Positions 45,498 to 54,983 are shown, counted from the first letter of the stretch. The stretch: DNA of 64,000 nucleotides from an uncultured delta proteobacterium (GCA_963760795.1 CAVXEP010000032.1:352001-416000), one strand, 5' to 3'. Numbers and translations are program-made. Notes: generated from the letters alone by a model not told the origin.

Positions 45498-47090
45498 ATG
45501 GTGCATATCCGCTATAGCCGCTGGGCCGCCAGCGGCGGAGACTCGCTGGACCCGGAGTCGGTGTTCGATCAGTTAAACGAGAACATGAACGACACCGGCG
45601 ATCTGCAGCAGGCGATGCGCCGGCTGATGCAGAAGGGGCTCAAGCAGGGCGAGAAGCAGACCAAGGGCATCGAAGATCTGTTGTCGCAAGTGGCGCGCGA
45701 GATGCGCAAGCTCTACGACGAGTACAAGCTGCAATCGGCCATGGACGAGGTCCAGGAGAAGCTCGACTCGGTGGTCGACCAAGAGCAGCAGACTCTCGAA
45801 CAGATGGACCAGTCGGGCCAGGACGTCCAGGAAAATAAGCAGTTCTTGAACGATCTGCCGGGCAAGACCAGCGAGGCGATCGACAAGCTGACTTCCTACC
45901 GTTTCGAAAATTCCAACGCCGAAAAAGACTTCGAGCAGCTGGTGATGCAGCTCGAGCAGATCCGCAAGCTCGAGAACTGGCTGCGCCGCGAGGGCAGCTT
46001 ATTTCGCGGCCAAACGCCGATGGACTTCCAGCAGTCGCAGGAGCTGATGGAGCGCATGGAGGATCTGCGCAAGCTCGAGTCCCAGCTGTCGAGCATGCAG
46101 TTGAAGGACGTCGACAAGGAGTTGTTGGAAAAACTTCTCGGCGGCGATCCCAAGCAGGACTTCGAAGGCATCATGCGCATGCAGTCGCTGCTCGAAGAGG
46201 GCGGCTACGTGCTCGAGAGCGGCGATCGTTTCGAGTTGACGCCCAAGGGCGTGCGCCGCATCGGCCAGTTGGCGCTGCGCGATATTTATCAACAATTGCG
46301 CCGCGACGGCATGGGCCGCCACTCGACGCGCAACCGCGGCAGCCAAGAAGTTGTTCTCGAAAGCAACAAACCCTATGTGCAGGGCGATCCGCTGCATATC
46401 AACATGATCCAGACCTTGAAGAACGCGCTGGTGCGCGGCGGCGGCGTGCCGGTGCGGATCGGGCCCAAGGACTTTTCGGTTTACGAAACCGAGCTCAATA
46501 CCCGCGCCGCCACCGTGCTGTTGTTGGACATGAGTTGGTCGATGAGCTGGGAAGGGCGCTTCGCCGCGGCGAAAAAAGTCGCCCTGGCGATGGAGAGTCT
46601 GGTGCGCGCGCTGTACCCGCGCGATTACTTCGGCATTGTCGGTTTCTTTACCCGCGCCGTCGAGCTCAAAGCCAAGGACTTGCCGCAGGCGACCTGGAAC
46701 ATGGGCGATCCGTTCACCAACTTGCAGGACGGCTTGCATCTGGCGTCGACCATGCTCGACCGCAAACCGAGCGCGAACCAGCAGATCATCGTCATCACCG
46801 ACGGCCAGCCGACGGCTTACTGCCGCCAGGGACGGCTTTACTGCGAATGGCCGCTCAGTTTCGGCGGCATCAGCCAGCGCGCCGCCGAAGAGACTTTGAA
46901 AGAAGCCGAGCGCGTCACCCGCAAAGGCATCACCATCAACACCTTCATGCTCGACGACAGCCCGGTGCTGCGCGGCTTCGTCGACGATCTCACCCGCATC
47001 AATAAAGGCCGCGCCTTCTACAGCCGCCCCGACCGCTTGGGCGAGTACCTGCTCGTCGACTATCTGACGCATCAACGCAAAAAGGTTTAA
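45498..47090 (+). CDS. VWA-domain protein
   Basis: LDMSWSM, TNLQDG, ITDGQPT. Confidence 0.88.
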   Translation: MVHIRYSRWAASGGDSLDPESVFDQLNENMNDTGDLQQAMRRLMQKGLKQGEKQTKGIEDLLSQVAREMRKLYDEYKLQSAMDEVQEKLDSVVDQEQQTLEQMDQSGQDVQENKQFLNDLPGKTSEAIDKLTSYRFENSNAEKDFEQLVMQLEQIRKLENWLRREGSLFRGQTPMDFQQSQELMERMEDLRKLESQLSSMQLKDVDKELLEKLLGGDPKQDFEGIMRMQSLLEEGGYVLESGDRFELTPKGVRRIGQLALRDIYQQLRRDGMGRHSTRNRGSQEVVLESNKPYVQGDPLHINMIQTLKNALVRGGGVPVRIGPKDFSVYETELNTRAATVLLLDMSWSMSWEGRFAAAKKVALAMESLVRALYPRDYFGIVGFFTRAVELKAKDLPQATWNMGDPFTNLQDGLHLASTMLDRKPSANQQIIVITDGQPTAYCRQGRLYCEWPLSFGGISQRAAEETLKEAERVTRKGITINTFMLDDSPVLRGFVDDLTRINKGRAFYSRPDRLGEYLLVDYLTHQRKKV

Positions 47091-47205
47091 TGCGCTTGCG
47101 CATTAAACCTTTCCATTTGTTCCAATAGTTCCAGACGTTCCATTCGTTCAGGGTTCAAGTCAATCCTGGCCTGGCCTTTTCGTCCGTTCAGATTTTTCAA
47201 AACTT

Positions 47206-47334
47206 ACAGCGCGGTCAAGAAGGTTTTAGCTGCGAGGCGCGCGAAGTTCGATGAGCGGAGGCGTACGTTTGTAGTACGTTGGAGCGAGTCGGGCGAGCGC
47301 AACGAAGCAGATGAAGCCTTCTTGACCGCGCTGT
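47206..47334. repeat. MITE-like element with 28-bp imperfect inverted repeats
   Basis: ACAGCGCGGTCAAGAAGG... pairs with ...CCTTCTTGACCGCGCTGT. Confidence 0.8.
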
Positions 47335-47362
47335 TGACTACTGAAATTATTTTCAGTATACA
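47334..47362 (+). promoter_or_regulatory. lexA promoter overlapped by a putative LexA box
   Basis: TTGACT-N17-TATACA; palindrome TACTGAAA-TTAT-TTTCAGTA at 47339-47358. Confidence 0.8.
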
Positions 47363-47368
47363 GCTCTC

Positions 47369-47977
47369 ATGCTTCCTGCACTGACCGACCGGCAAAAGGC
47401 GATCTACGATTTTCTCTTAAAGAGTATTCGCGAGAAAGGCTTTGCGCCGTCGATCCACGAGATCGGCCGGCAGTTTAAGATCGCCTCGACCAACGGGGTT
47501 TCCGATCATCTGAAAGCGCTGGAAAAAAAAGGCTATATCCGCCGGGTCGGCAAGCGCGCCATCGAAGTCGTCAATGCTCTCGGCAAGGCGGCTATCAACG
47601 TTACCCGCGAAGTGCCGATTCTCGGCCGGGTCGCCGCCGGCAAGCCGTTTTTGAGCGAGGAAAATACCGAAGGGTTCTTAGCGATTCCCAGCGACATGGG
47701 CGGCGGTAAACAGTTCGCCCTGCAAGTCCAAGGCGACAGCATGATCGGCGCCGGCATCATGGACGGCGACCGGGTGATCGTCAAGCAGCAGACCACGGCG
47801 GAGAACGGCGAGATCGTCTGCGCCTTGATCGACGGCGAAGCGACGCTCAAGCGGTTCTACAAAAAAGACGGCGTGGTCACGCTCAAAGCGGAAAATGACA
47901 AGTACGCGCCGATCGTCGTCGCCGAAGGCGAGTTCCGCATCGCCGGAAAAATTGTCGGGCTGCTTAGGAAATTCTAA
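47369..47977 (+). CDS. lexA: LexA repressor
   Basis: LTDRQ..PSIHEIG..HLKALEKKG winged HTH, VAAG cleavage site, GDSM Ser, TLKRF Lys. Confidence 0.96.
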   Translation: MLPALTDRQKAIYDFLLKSIREKGFAPSIHEIGRQFKIASTNGVSDHLKALEKKGYIRRVGKRAIEVVNALGKAAINVTREVPILGRVAAGKPFLSEENTEGFLAIPSDMGGGKQFALQVQGDSMIGAGIMDGDRVIVKQQTTAENGEIVCALIDGEATLKRFYKKDGVVTLKAENDKYAPIVVAEGEFRIAGKIVGLLRKF

Positions 47978-47982
47978 CAGCC

Positions 47983-48077
47983 GTTCACGGGTTCAAGGTT
48001 CAAAAATTCAATCGCTGCAGATGATTCAATGCGGCGGCATGCTCTGGCGTTGAACCTTGAACCCTTGAACTTTGAAC
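47983..48077. repeat. GTTCAA/TTGAAC inverted repeat after lexA (possible terminator)
   Basis: GTTCACGGGTTCAAGGTTCAA pairs 20/21 with TTGAACCTTGAACCCTTGAAC. Confidence 0.75.
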
Positions 48078-48144
48078 CGCGCACGCAGATGCGTGCGCTT
48101 CTGGCGGAAGCCTACCCACCCGTCGCGCCTTGCAAGTAGGGTCA

Positions 48145-48571
48145 TCAACCAACCGTACGTACTCTATTCGCGTCACCGGTGAACAGCGCCGGCATCATCT
48201 TCACGAGTCTGTTTTGCAACGCGCATTCAGGGATGCACGTATTAAAGCTGGTGTGTTTAAACATGCCGGGTGCCACACATTGCGCCATTCCTTTGCCACG
48301 CACCTATTAGAGAATGGCTACGATATCAGAACAGTTCAAGAACTATTGGGCCACAGATTGCCTTTACAACTTGTCTATTGGGAGGGCTGCCTCAACCAGA
48401 CAGACGCAACGCATCGAGAGAAATACTTAAGACCGCATGGGGAAAGCGATACGTGAAAACGAGGCTCAGGAATTATCTCACAGGGTAAACGACGTAAGCA
48501 CCACGATGATTTACACCCATGTGCTGAATCGAGGCGGCAAAGGCGTGCGCAGTCCCGCGGATGGGCTGTGA
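48145..48571 (+). pseudogene. intI: integron integrase C-terminal remnant 1 (interrupted)
   Basis: [47 protein letters not shown] / [27 protein letters not shown]; N-terminus absent. Confidence 0.9.
48356..48488 (+). pseudogene. GIY-YIG nuclease C-terminal fragment inserted in intI
   Basis: [43 protein letters not shown]. Confidence 0.75.
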
Positions 48572-48600
48572 ATCACGGTTCCACGCTGCACGTATATTGA

Positions 48601-48732
48601 ATATACGAGACCAGCAATATTGGATATACGAGCGGCAGTGACAATTGACAACCTGTTGATTGCAGGAGTAAATTTCGAATTGATGATTGTTGGATATCCA
48701 ATATACGAGATCAGTTCACTCAATAGTTAGGC
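48601..48732 (+). promoter_or_regulatory. platform 1: putative Pc promoter and attI
   Basis: TTGACA(48645)-N18-TAAATT; ATATACGAG x3; GTTCACTCAATA-GTTAGGC (48726). Confidence 0.75.
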
Positions 48733-48788
48733 ACGTTGGCGTTGCCCGGAAGCAGTTTTCTGGCATGACAAAGAGTAAGGTGAAAAGG

Positions 48789-49568
48789 ATGCACCGTGAA
48801 ACGACGCCTATCGGAAATTGGCTCGCGATCGCCATGATTGCAACGAGCGCTGCGACTAACGTTACCATGGTGGCGGCTGCCGAGGTCGCGGTCCTGAGTC
48901 CAAACACAGTGAGGTCAGTCGTCACCGACGTTGCGGAGGCCTTTCAGCGAGAGACCGGGCACTCGGTTCGCTTCACGTTTCTTTCGACAGGAGCGGTGGA
49001 AAAACGAGCGAGGGTTGGAGAAGCTACCGACATCATTATCGCGACTGACGAGGCCATGGATCAGATGGCGAGTCAGAGTTTGGTTTTGCGTGACGCCCGC
49101 AGCGTTATTGGCCGAGTGGGTGTCGGGGTGGGCATTCGTGAAGGTACACCGAAGCCGGACATATCGAGCACGGATACCTTTAAGCAGACTCTGTTGTCCG
49201 CGAAATCCGTCACTTACTCGAACCCTGCGGGAGGAGGCGCGTCCGCAATCCATTTCTCCCGGGTCATCGAACGCTTGGGGATCTCACAGGCAATCAAGGA
49301 AAAGGCAGTGGTAGGTGGTTCAAACGTATGCGAACGTGTAGCGAAAGGTGAAGTCGACCTTTGCGTAACGCAGATCAGTGAAATTCTGCCAGTCAAGGGC
49401 GTTACTCTGGTCGGGCCCTTACCGCCGGACGTCCAGAACGTGACGACGCTTGTTGCAGCAATCTCCACTCGGTCCAGCGCCGTCGAAGCGGCAATGGAAT
49501 TCCTCACATTCTTGGTTCGCCCGTCGTCCAGAGCAAAGTTCGCCGAAGGTGGACTCGAATTTCGCTAG
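48789..49568 (+). CDS. cassette 1: ModA-like substrate-binding protein
   Basis: signal peptide; KPDISS, YSNPAGGGASAIHF, VGPLPPDVQ. Confidence 0.85.
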   Translation: MHRETTPIGNWLAIAMIATSAATNVTMVAAAEVAVLSPNTVRSVVTDVAEAFQRETGHSVRFTFLSTGAVEKRARVGEATDIIIATDEAMDQMASQSLVLRDARSVIGRVGVGVGIREGTPKPDISSTDTFKQTLLSAKSVTYSNPAGGGASAIHFSRVIERLGISQAIKEKAVVGGSNVCERVAKGEVDLCVTQISEILPVKGVTLVGPLPPDVQNVTTLVAAISTRSSAVEAAMEFLTFLVRPSSRAKFAEGGLEFR

Positions 49569-49612
49569 CAGCATAGACAGCGCTTGAGTCGGCGTGCTGA
49601 ACGTCGCGATCC

Positions 49613-49666
49613 GTCTAACCATCGGGTTGAGACGGACGAGTACGCCGCTCACCTAAAACGTTAGGC
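49613..49666 (+). other. attC 1
   Basis: GTCTAAC...GTTAGGC imperfect hairpin. Confidence 0.8.
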
Positions 49667-49794
49667 GGTACTGTGGGACGCGAACGAGGGAGTCACTTTA
49701 TGGTGGCCACGCTTCATGGCGGCACCATGAACCTCGCCATGCATCGGGCGAGCATTCCGACCACCTTGTGGTCATCCCGGCAAAGCGCCAGCAA

Positions 49795-50550
49795 ATGAGA
49801 AATCTTTTCGTAGACTCCTGGGGTACCGGCACGCTGGTGGTGCTGGTGCATGGCTCGCTCGCGACCGGCGCTGAGGAGTGGCAAGCGCAACGGCCGCTTG
49901 CCGATGAGGGGTTTCGCCTGTTGGTGTTTGACCGGCGCGGATATGGCCAGAGCCCTGTGGCGGAAGGTGAGGATTTCCTGCGCGATGCCCACGACATCGC
50001 CGCGCTTATGGGCGATGGTGCGCATCTCGTCGGTCACTCTTACGGGGGCCTCGGCGCACTGTTCGCAGCTGCCCGCCGTCCGGATGCGACGCTATCTCTG
50101 GCGTTGCTGGAGCCAGCTGTATTCGCGTTAGGCCTGCACCATCTAGCCGCGCGGGCCCTGGTGCATGAAGTTCGCGCCCTCTGGGATCAGGATCTCCCCA
50201 ATGAAGACTGGGTCATCCGCTTCTTGAAGGCGGTGGGGAGTGATCCTGATGTGCTGACCCCCGAGCTGATCGCCGCCGCCGTGCCGTTGGTGCCCGTGCT
50301 GCGCCGGGGGCGGCCTTTCTGGGACAGCGACCTGCCGCTGGCGGAGCTGGCGGCGGCGCCCTTTCCCAAGCTTGTCATATCAGGTGGACACAGCGCAGGG
50401 TTCGACGCGATGTGCGACGATCTCGCTGAACGCATCGGTGCATCTCGCGCGGTGGCGGCCGGTGCCGGCCATGAGATCCAGTTCACCGGGCGGCCTCTAA
50501 ACGAGTTGCTGCTCGCGCTGTGGCGCGGAGCGAACCCGCGGGCATGTTGA
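49795..50550 (+). CDS. cassette 2: alpha/beta hydrolase
   Basis: LVHG, DRRGYGQS, GHSYGG. Confidence 0.88.
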   Translation: MRNLFVDSWGTGTLVVLVHGSLATGAEEWQAQRPLADEGFRLLVFDRRGYGQSPVAEGEDFLRDAHDIAALMGDGAHLVGHSYGGLGALFAAARRPDATLSLALLEPAVFALGLHHLAARALVHEVRALWDQDLPNEDWVIRFLKAVGSDPDVLTPELIAAAVPLVPVLRRGRPFWDSDLPLAELAAAPFPKLVISGGHSAGFDAMCDDLAERIGASRAVAAGAGHEIQFTGRPLNELLLALWRGANPRAC

Positions 50551-50553
50551 ACC

Positions 50554-50621
50554 GCCTAACTTCCGGTTTCAGCCGACCGCCGCTCCTTCGCTCGCTTCGG
50601 CGGCTGAACCGTTCGTTAGAT
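50554..50621 (+). other. attC 2
   Basis: GCCTAAC...GTTAGAT; ACCGCCTAAC complements upstream GTTAGGCGGT. Confidence 0.9.
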
Positions 50622-50638
50622 CGGCTAAGAACAGGAGA

Positions 50639-51013
50639 GTGACAATGCTTAATTACGAATTAAATCGCGCGGAGAGCATATTGATTGTTAAACCTATTGG
50701 CCCCTTGGAATCAACGGATTTCGAGAAACTAGTCCAAGAAGTGGATCCCTATATCAGAGAAAAGGGCAAACTTAATGGCTTGATGATTTACGCCAAATCC
50801 TTCCCGGGATGGGATAATTTCGCAGCCTTCCTGTCCCATATAAAATTTGTCAGAAACCATCATCAGAAAATCAAGAAGATTGCGGCCGTAACGGGCAGCA
50901 GTTTTCTATCGATCATGCCGCAGGTTGCCAATCATTTTGTAGAGGCCGAAGTAAGGCACTTTGACTACGATGACAAGGATGCAGCACTAAATTGGCTTAA
51001 GGCTGACAAATGA
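50639..51013 (+). CDS. cassette 3: STAS/SpoIIAA-like protein
   Basis: FPGWD, HHQKIKKIAAV, ALNWL. Confidence 0.85.
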   Translation: MTMLNYELNRAESILIVKPIGPLESTDFEKLVQEVDPYIREKGKLNGLMIYAKSFPGWDNFAAFLSHIKFVRNHHQKIKKIAAVTGSSFLSIMPQVANHFVEAEVRHFDYDDKDAALNWLKADK

Positions 51014-51040
51014 GAATGATGAAGTATCATTTCTAAGCCG

Positions 51041-51127
51041 GTCTAACTTCAGCTGGTGCGGACGGCCCACGAGCGCGGTGCCATTTCAATCGCCTGTGCT
51101 GGCCCGTCGCACAGCACAACGTTGGGC
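51041..51127 (+). other. attC 3
   Basis: GTCTAAC...GTTGGGC. Confidence 0.85.
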
Positions 51128-51277
51128 GTCCGGAGCAAAGGGCCGACGTGTTAGTGACGTGGATCCAGCCTTGGCCGTTAATAGACGACGGGCGAGCATC
51201 CGACTAGCTCTGACGCTTCGCTCTCAATAGGTTATGGTTTTCGGCTCTTCTTAGGCTGTCTAAGGGAGGTATATGCG

Positions 51278-52312
51278 ATGACTACGCCTTTGACGATCCT
51301 GTTAGCAGACGACCAAGTGCCTTGGGATACCAACGCTGAGAACGACAGAACCAAGGCAGAGATCCGTCGCGAGTTTGCCATTGCCAAGCCACACGTTGAT
51401 GTCGATACAGCATTTGCTGACGACTACGCCTGGTTCACTGGTCTATTGGCTTATCTTGAGCACACCAAAGATGAGACGGTCATTCGTGCGCGTACGTTCG
51501 ACGAGGCAAAGCAACACCTCGAGAACCCTCGCGGCCTAGATGTCGCAATCATCGATCTTTCCTGGTGGGGAGATTACCTACTTCCGCAGGGAGCCTCTCA
51601 CCGTAATAACCGAGGGCTCAAGCTTCTTCCGGCCGCGGGAGGCGCGATCCGCTCCAAGGTTCCGATCATCTCTCTATCACAGAACTTCAGCGATGACTTC
51701 GAACTGATAAGCACCGTCTTAGAACGTGGCGCTCTTCCCGTGCCCAAGAACTATAAAGATCGAGAACTGGGTTACAGGGCGCTCTATGCAGCGGTTCAGT
51801 ATCTGACACGGGAACGCAGGCGCGGTCGCTCGAAGGTGGAAGTCTTTGTTAGTCACGCCCATGAAGACAAAGACCTCGCGCAACGATTGGTGAGAGCCAT
51901 TGAATTGGGCCTACACGTTCCCTCTGATGCTATCCGATGTACGTCGGTCCCAGGCTACGATTTCACACCTGGCACCGATTTCGTCGAGGCGCTGAAGGAG
52001 GAGCTCACAGGAGCTTCATGCGTTGTAGGCCTTTGGACTCAGCGCGGTATGAAAAGTCAGTGGTGTCTTTTTGAGCTCGGAGCGGCGTGGGGTCTGGCCC
52101 ATAAGACCTTGTTCCTGTCGCTAGGCACTGAGGCTTTGCGAGATCCACCCGCAGGGTTTCGGTCAATCCACGCCTCGCAGCTAAGCGACGCTGGGCAGCT
52201 TCGAAGGTTTCTTGAGGAGCTGGGGCGCATTACTGCTTGGCCGAATAAAAATCGCCCCGCTGCGGAAAATGAGCTTGAAGATCTGGCCCAATTCGCTAGA
52301 ACATTGCCTTGA
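51278..52312 (+). CDS. cassette 4: receiver (REC)-TIR fusion protein
   Basis: ILLADD..IIDLSW..ISLSQ..VPK receiver-like region; VFVSHAHEDK..SQWCLFELGAAW TIR. Confidence 0.8.
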   Translation: MTTPLTILLADDQVPWDTNAENDRTKAEIRREFAIAKPHVDVDTAFADDYAWFTGLLAYLEHTKDETVIRARTFDEAKQHLENPRGLDVAIIDLSWWGDYLLPQGASHRNNRGLKLLPAAGGAIRSKVPIISLSQNFSDDFELISTVLERGALPVPKNYKDRELGYRALYAAVQYLTRERRRGRSKVEVFVSHAHEDKDLAQRLVRAIELGLHVPSDAIRCTSVPGYDFTPGTDFVEALKEELTGASCVVGLWTQRGMKSQWCLFELGAAWGLAHKTLFLSLGTEALRDPPAGFRSIHASQLSDAGQLRRFLEELGRITAWPNKNRPAAENELEDLAQFARTLP

Positions 52313-52327
52313 ACCTTAAGGGCAGCC

Positions 52328-52419
52328 GCCCAACACGGCGATGCAGGGGACGCGCCGAACAGCGTAATCTAGCTTCCCAGAGACGTAGCGGCGCGCGCCC
52401 CTGATCTTATTCGTTAGGC
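52328..52419 (+). other. attC 4
   Basis: GCCCAAC (complements GTTGGGC)...GTTAGGC. Confidence 0.88.
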
Positions 52420-52448
52420 CGCCCTATGGCGATCGGGATTCCTACGTA

Positions 52449-53009
<561 letters not shown>

Positions 53010-53146
53010 ACATCCGTCGAAGCGCAGCCCCAGACAGTCTGGTGGGTCAAGGTCAGGAACGACGCTGGCCTCGTTGGCTGGACTCTTGTTGACGAGAATG
53101 TCGGCGGTGCGGATATGGACGCGTGCTCGTGAACTGTTGGCGGGCG

Positions 53147-53236
53147 GCCTAACAAGCGCTTGAAGCTGCCGGTGCGCGTAGATTAGGGAATGAATCTTTC
53201 TTCAGCGCGCCGCAGCTTAAGCGCGGTCCGTTAGGC
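53147..53236 (+). other. attC 5
   Basis: GGGCGGCCTAAC complements GTTAGGCCGCCC (12/12); ends GTTAGGC. Confidence 0.9.
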
Positions 53237-53254
53237 GTCAATCGAAAGGAAGGC

Positions 53255-53923
53255 ATGAAAATGACACGCGTCCGAGTTGAGGGCTTTACCATCTCGCTTG
53301 ACGGATACGGAGCTGGTCCGAATCAGGACATCAGGAATCCGCTCGGCGTGGGCGGGACAGATTTGCACCAGTGGTTAGTCCCGACACGCACGTTGCAACG
53401 GACCCTATTTGGCGCCGACGGTGGCACAACGGGGATCGATGACGACTTCGCTGCGCGGGGCTTCAAGAATGTTGGCGCCTGGATTCTCGGAAGAAACATG
53501 TTCGGACCGATTCGCGGTTCCTGGCCCGACATGAACTGGAAAGGCTGGTGGGGGGACAACCCACCCTATCACGTTCCAACTTTCATCTTGACTCATCACG
53601 CGCGCCCGCCCATCCAGATGGAAGGCGGAACGACATTCTACTTCGTCACGGGCGGTATTCACGAGGCGCTTGACCGGGCGCGCGACGCAGCCAACGGAAT
53701 GGATGTGCGCATTGGCGGCGGACCTAACACTATCCAGCAATATCTTCGTACGGGCCTCATCGATGAGCTGCACGTCGCTATCTCGCCGGTCCTGCTGGGC
53801 GGGGGAGAGCGACTGTTCGAGGGGATTGACGTGCGCGCTCTGGGATACGAATGCGTTCAGTTCGTTGCGTCGGAGAAAGCCACCCATGTTGTACTCCGGC
53901 GCCAAGGGCACAATGACGCCTAA
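53255..53923 (+). CDS. cassette 6: RibD-C/dihydrofolate reductase-family protein
   Basis: ISLDGYGAGP, ILGRNMFGP, GGG, GLIDEL; stop codon lies in R''. Confidence 0.88.
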   Translation: MKMTRVRVEGFTISLDGYGAGPNQDIRNPLGVGGTDLHQWLVPTRTLQRTLFGADGGTTGIDDDFAARGFKNVGAWILGRNMFGPIRGSWPDMNWKGWWGDNPPYHVPTFILTHHARPPIQMEGGTTFYFVTGGIHEALDRARDAANGMDVRIGGGPNTIQQYLRTGLIDELHVAISPVLLGGGERLFEGIDVRALGYECVQFVASEKATHVVLRRQGHNDA

Positions 53924-53978
53924 CAACCGGTTGCAGCGGACGGCGCTGCCGCGCCGCCGCTGAACCGGAACGTTAGGC
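53918..53978 (+). other. attC 6
   Basis: GCCTAAC...GTTAGGC. Confidence 0.92.
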
Positions 53979-54062
53979 GCCTTAGCATGTCTCCCGTAGA
54001 GTGAGAGTCTTCTTTAACACTGCTGGCATCGGTCACACCGAGCCCAGCCCGGAGGAGAACAA

Positions 54063-54422
54063 ATGAACCTGCAGAAAATTTACACCGCATTGCTCACCGC
54101 AGATCTTGCTGCGGCCGAGGGCTGGTATACGAAGCTGCTCGGTCGTGGACCGGACAACCGGCCGATGGACACGCTGGTGCAGTGGGAGCTCTTCGACCAG
54201 GGCGGATTGGCGCTTTCAAGCGACGACAAAATCGCCGGCAGGGGCGTGATGTTCCTTTACGTCGACGATGTCGCGGCCGAGCGCCGCAGGCTGCAGGGCC
54301 TGGGCATCGTGCTTGGCAACGACATTGAGGGTGACTACTCGACGCTGGCTCAGGTGCATGATCCCGACGGAAACCTGCTCACGCTGGCGACGCCGCCCTC
54401 GCGGCCCTTTCCACCTGCATGA
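54063..54422 (+). CDS. cassette 7: VOC/glyoxalase-family protein
   Basis: DLAAAEGWYTKLLG, DPDGN. Confidence 0.85.
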   Translation: MNLQKIYTALLTADLAAAEGWYTKLLGRGPDNRPMDTLVQWELFDQGGLALSSDDKIAGRGVMFLYVDDVAAERRRLQGLGIVLGNDIEGDYSTLAQVHDPDGNLLTLATPPSRPFPPA

Positions 54423-54454
54423 CCGCGCCAGAAGAGCGAAATCCGCGGCATGGC

Positions 54455-54513
54455 GCCTATCAACAGCATGCAGTGGACGGCGCTCGCGCCGCCGCTGATG
54501 CTGAGCGTTAGGC
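54455..54513 (+). other. attC 7 (R'' degenerate)
   Basis: GCCTATC...GTTAGGC; the following cassette is only a stub. Confidence 0.82.
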
Positions 54514-54770
54514 GCAGCCGGTGAGCGCCGTTTTCCAAATGCAAGAATATGGAGTCAGAGAAGCTTTTTTGACGAGGGCTGATCCGGTGATCCGCTGCCG
54601 ACAGAATTTGTAGGACTAAAGTTACCGCACGGCACGAGCCGTGAATCACGATTCCAGCTTATCCTCATCCTATTGTCCAGCGCGGCAACAATCGAACCGC
54701 GACCTTCTTTGTCGACGGTGATATGGCTTCTTCTTAGAATGTTTGCATCGGACCTTTTGGTTCAACCGGC

Positions 54771-54864
54771 TGAAGTAAGCACCACGATGATCTATACTCA
54801 TGTCTTGAATCGGAATGGAAAAGAAGTCCGAAGTCCGGCAGACGGATTGACGCAGGTATATTGA
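54771..54864 (+). pseudogene. intI: integron integrase C-terminal remnant 2
   Basis: [26 protein letters not shown]. Confidence 0.85.
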
Positions 54865-54983
54865 TACTAAGCTGACCAAGGATATAGGAAAAAGTACGAG
54901 TTAAACTGATTGACAGGCTGTTGTTCGAAAAGATAAAAGTTTGCGCACTGTGATTTTTGCAATCCGTAATGTATTGGTCAGGC
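54865..54983 (+). promoter_or_regulatory. platform 2: putative Pc promoter and attI
   Basis: ATTGACA-NN-CTGTTG-N10-TAAA as in platform 1; GTCAGGC at 54977. Confidence 0.65.

Noticed and set aside
44137-47075. Long antisense ORFs (445 aa, 358 aa; also 1575..2531 and 5175..6110)
   Set aside because: Shadows of GC-rich genes on the opposite strand with no recognisable motifs.
5960-48077. GTTCAA-type arrays as CRISPR
   Set aside because: Units are 7-9 nt with no unique spacers and there are no cas genes.
47972-48077. lexA stop (TTCTAAC) as the start of an attC
   Set aside because: The following hairpin belongs to the dispersed GTTCAA family and there is no closing GTTRRRY.
48130-48571. Functional integrase or prophage integrase
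   Set aside because: N-terminal part is missing and the C-terminus is interrupted. The RRHH insertion marks IntI, and no phage genes are present.
48652-48666. CCTG-N7-CAGG in platform 1 as a LexA box
   Set aside because: Spacing differs from the CTG-N10-CAG site at lexA and the right half is not kept in platform 2.
54514-54770. Gene in the cassette after attC 7
   Set aside because: No convincing ORF and no closing attC; treated as a truncated stub.
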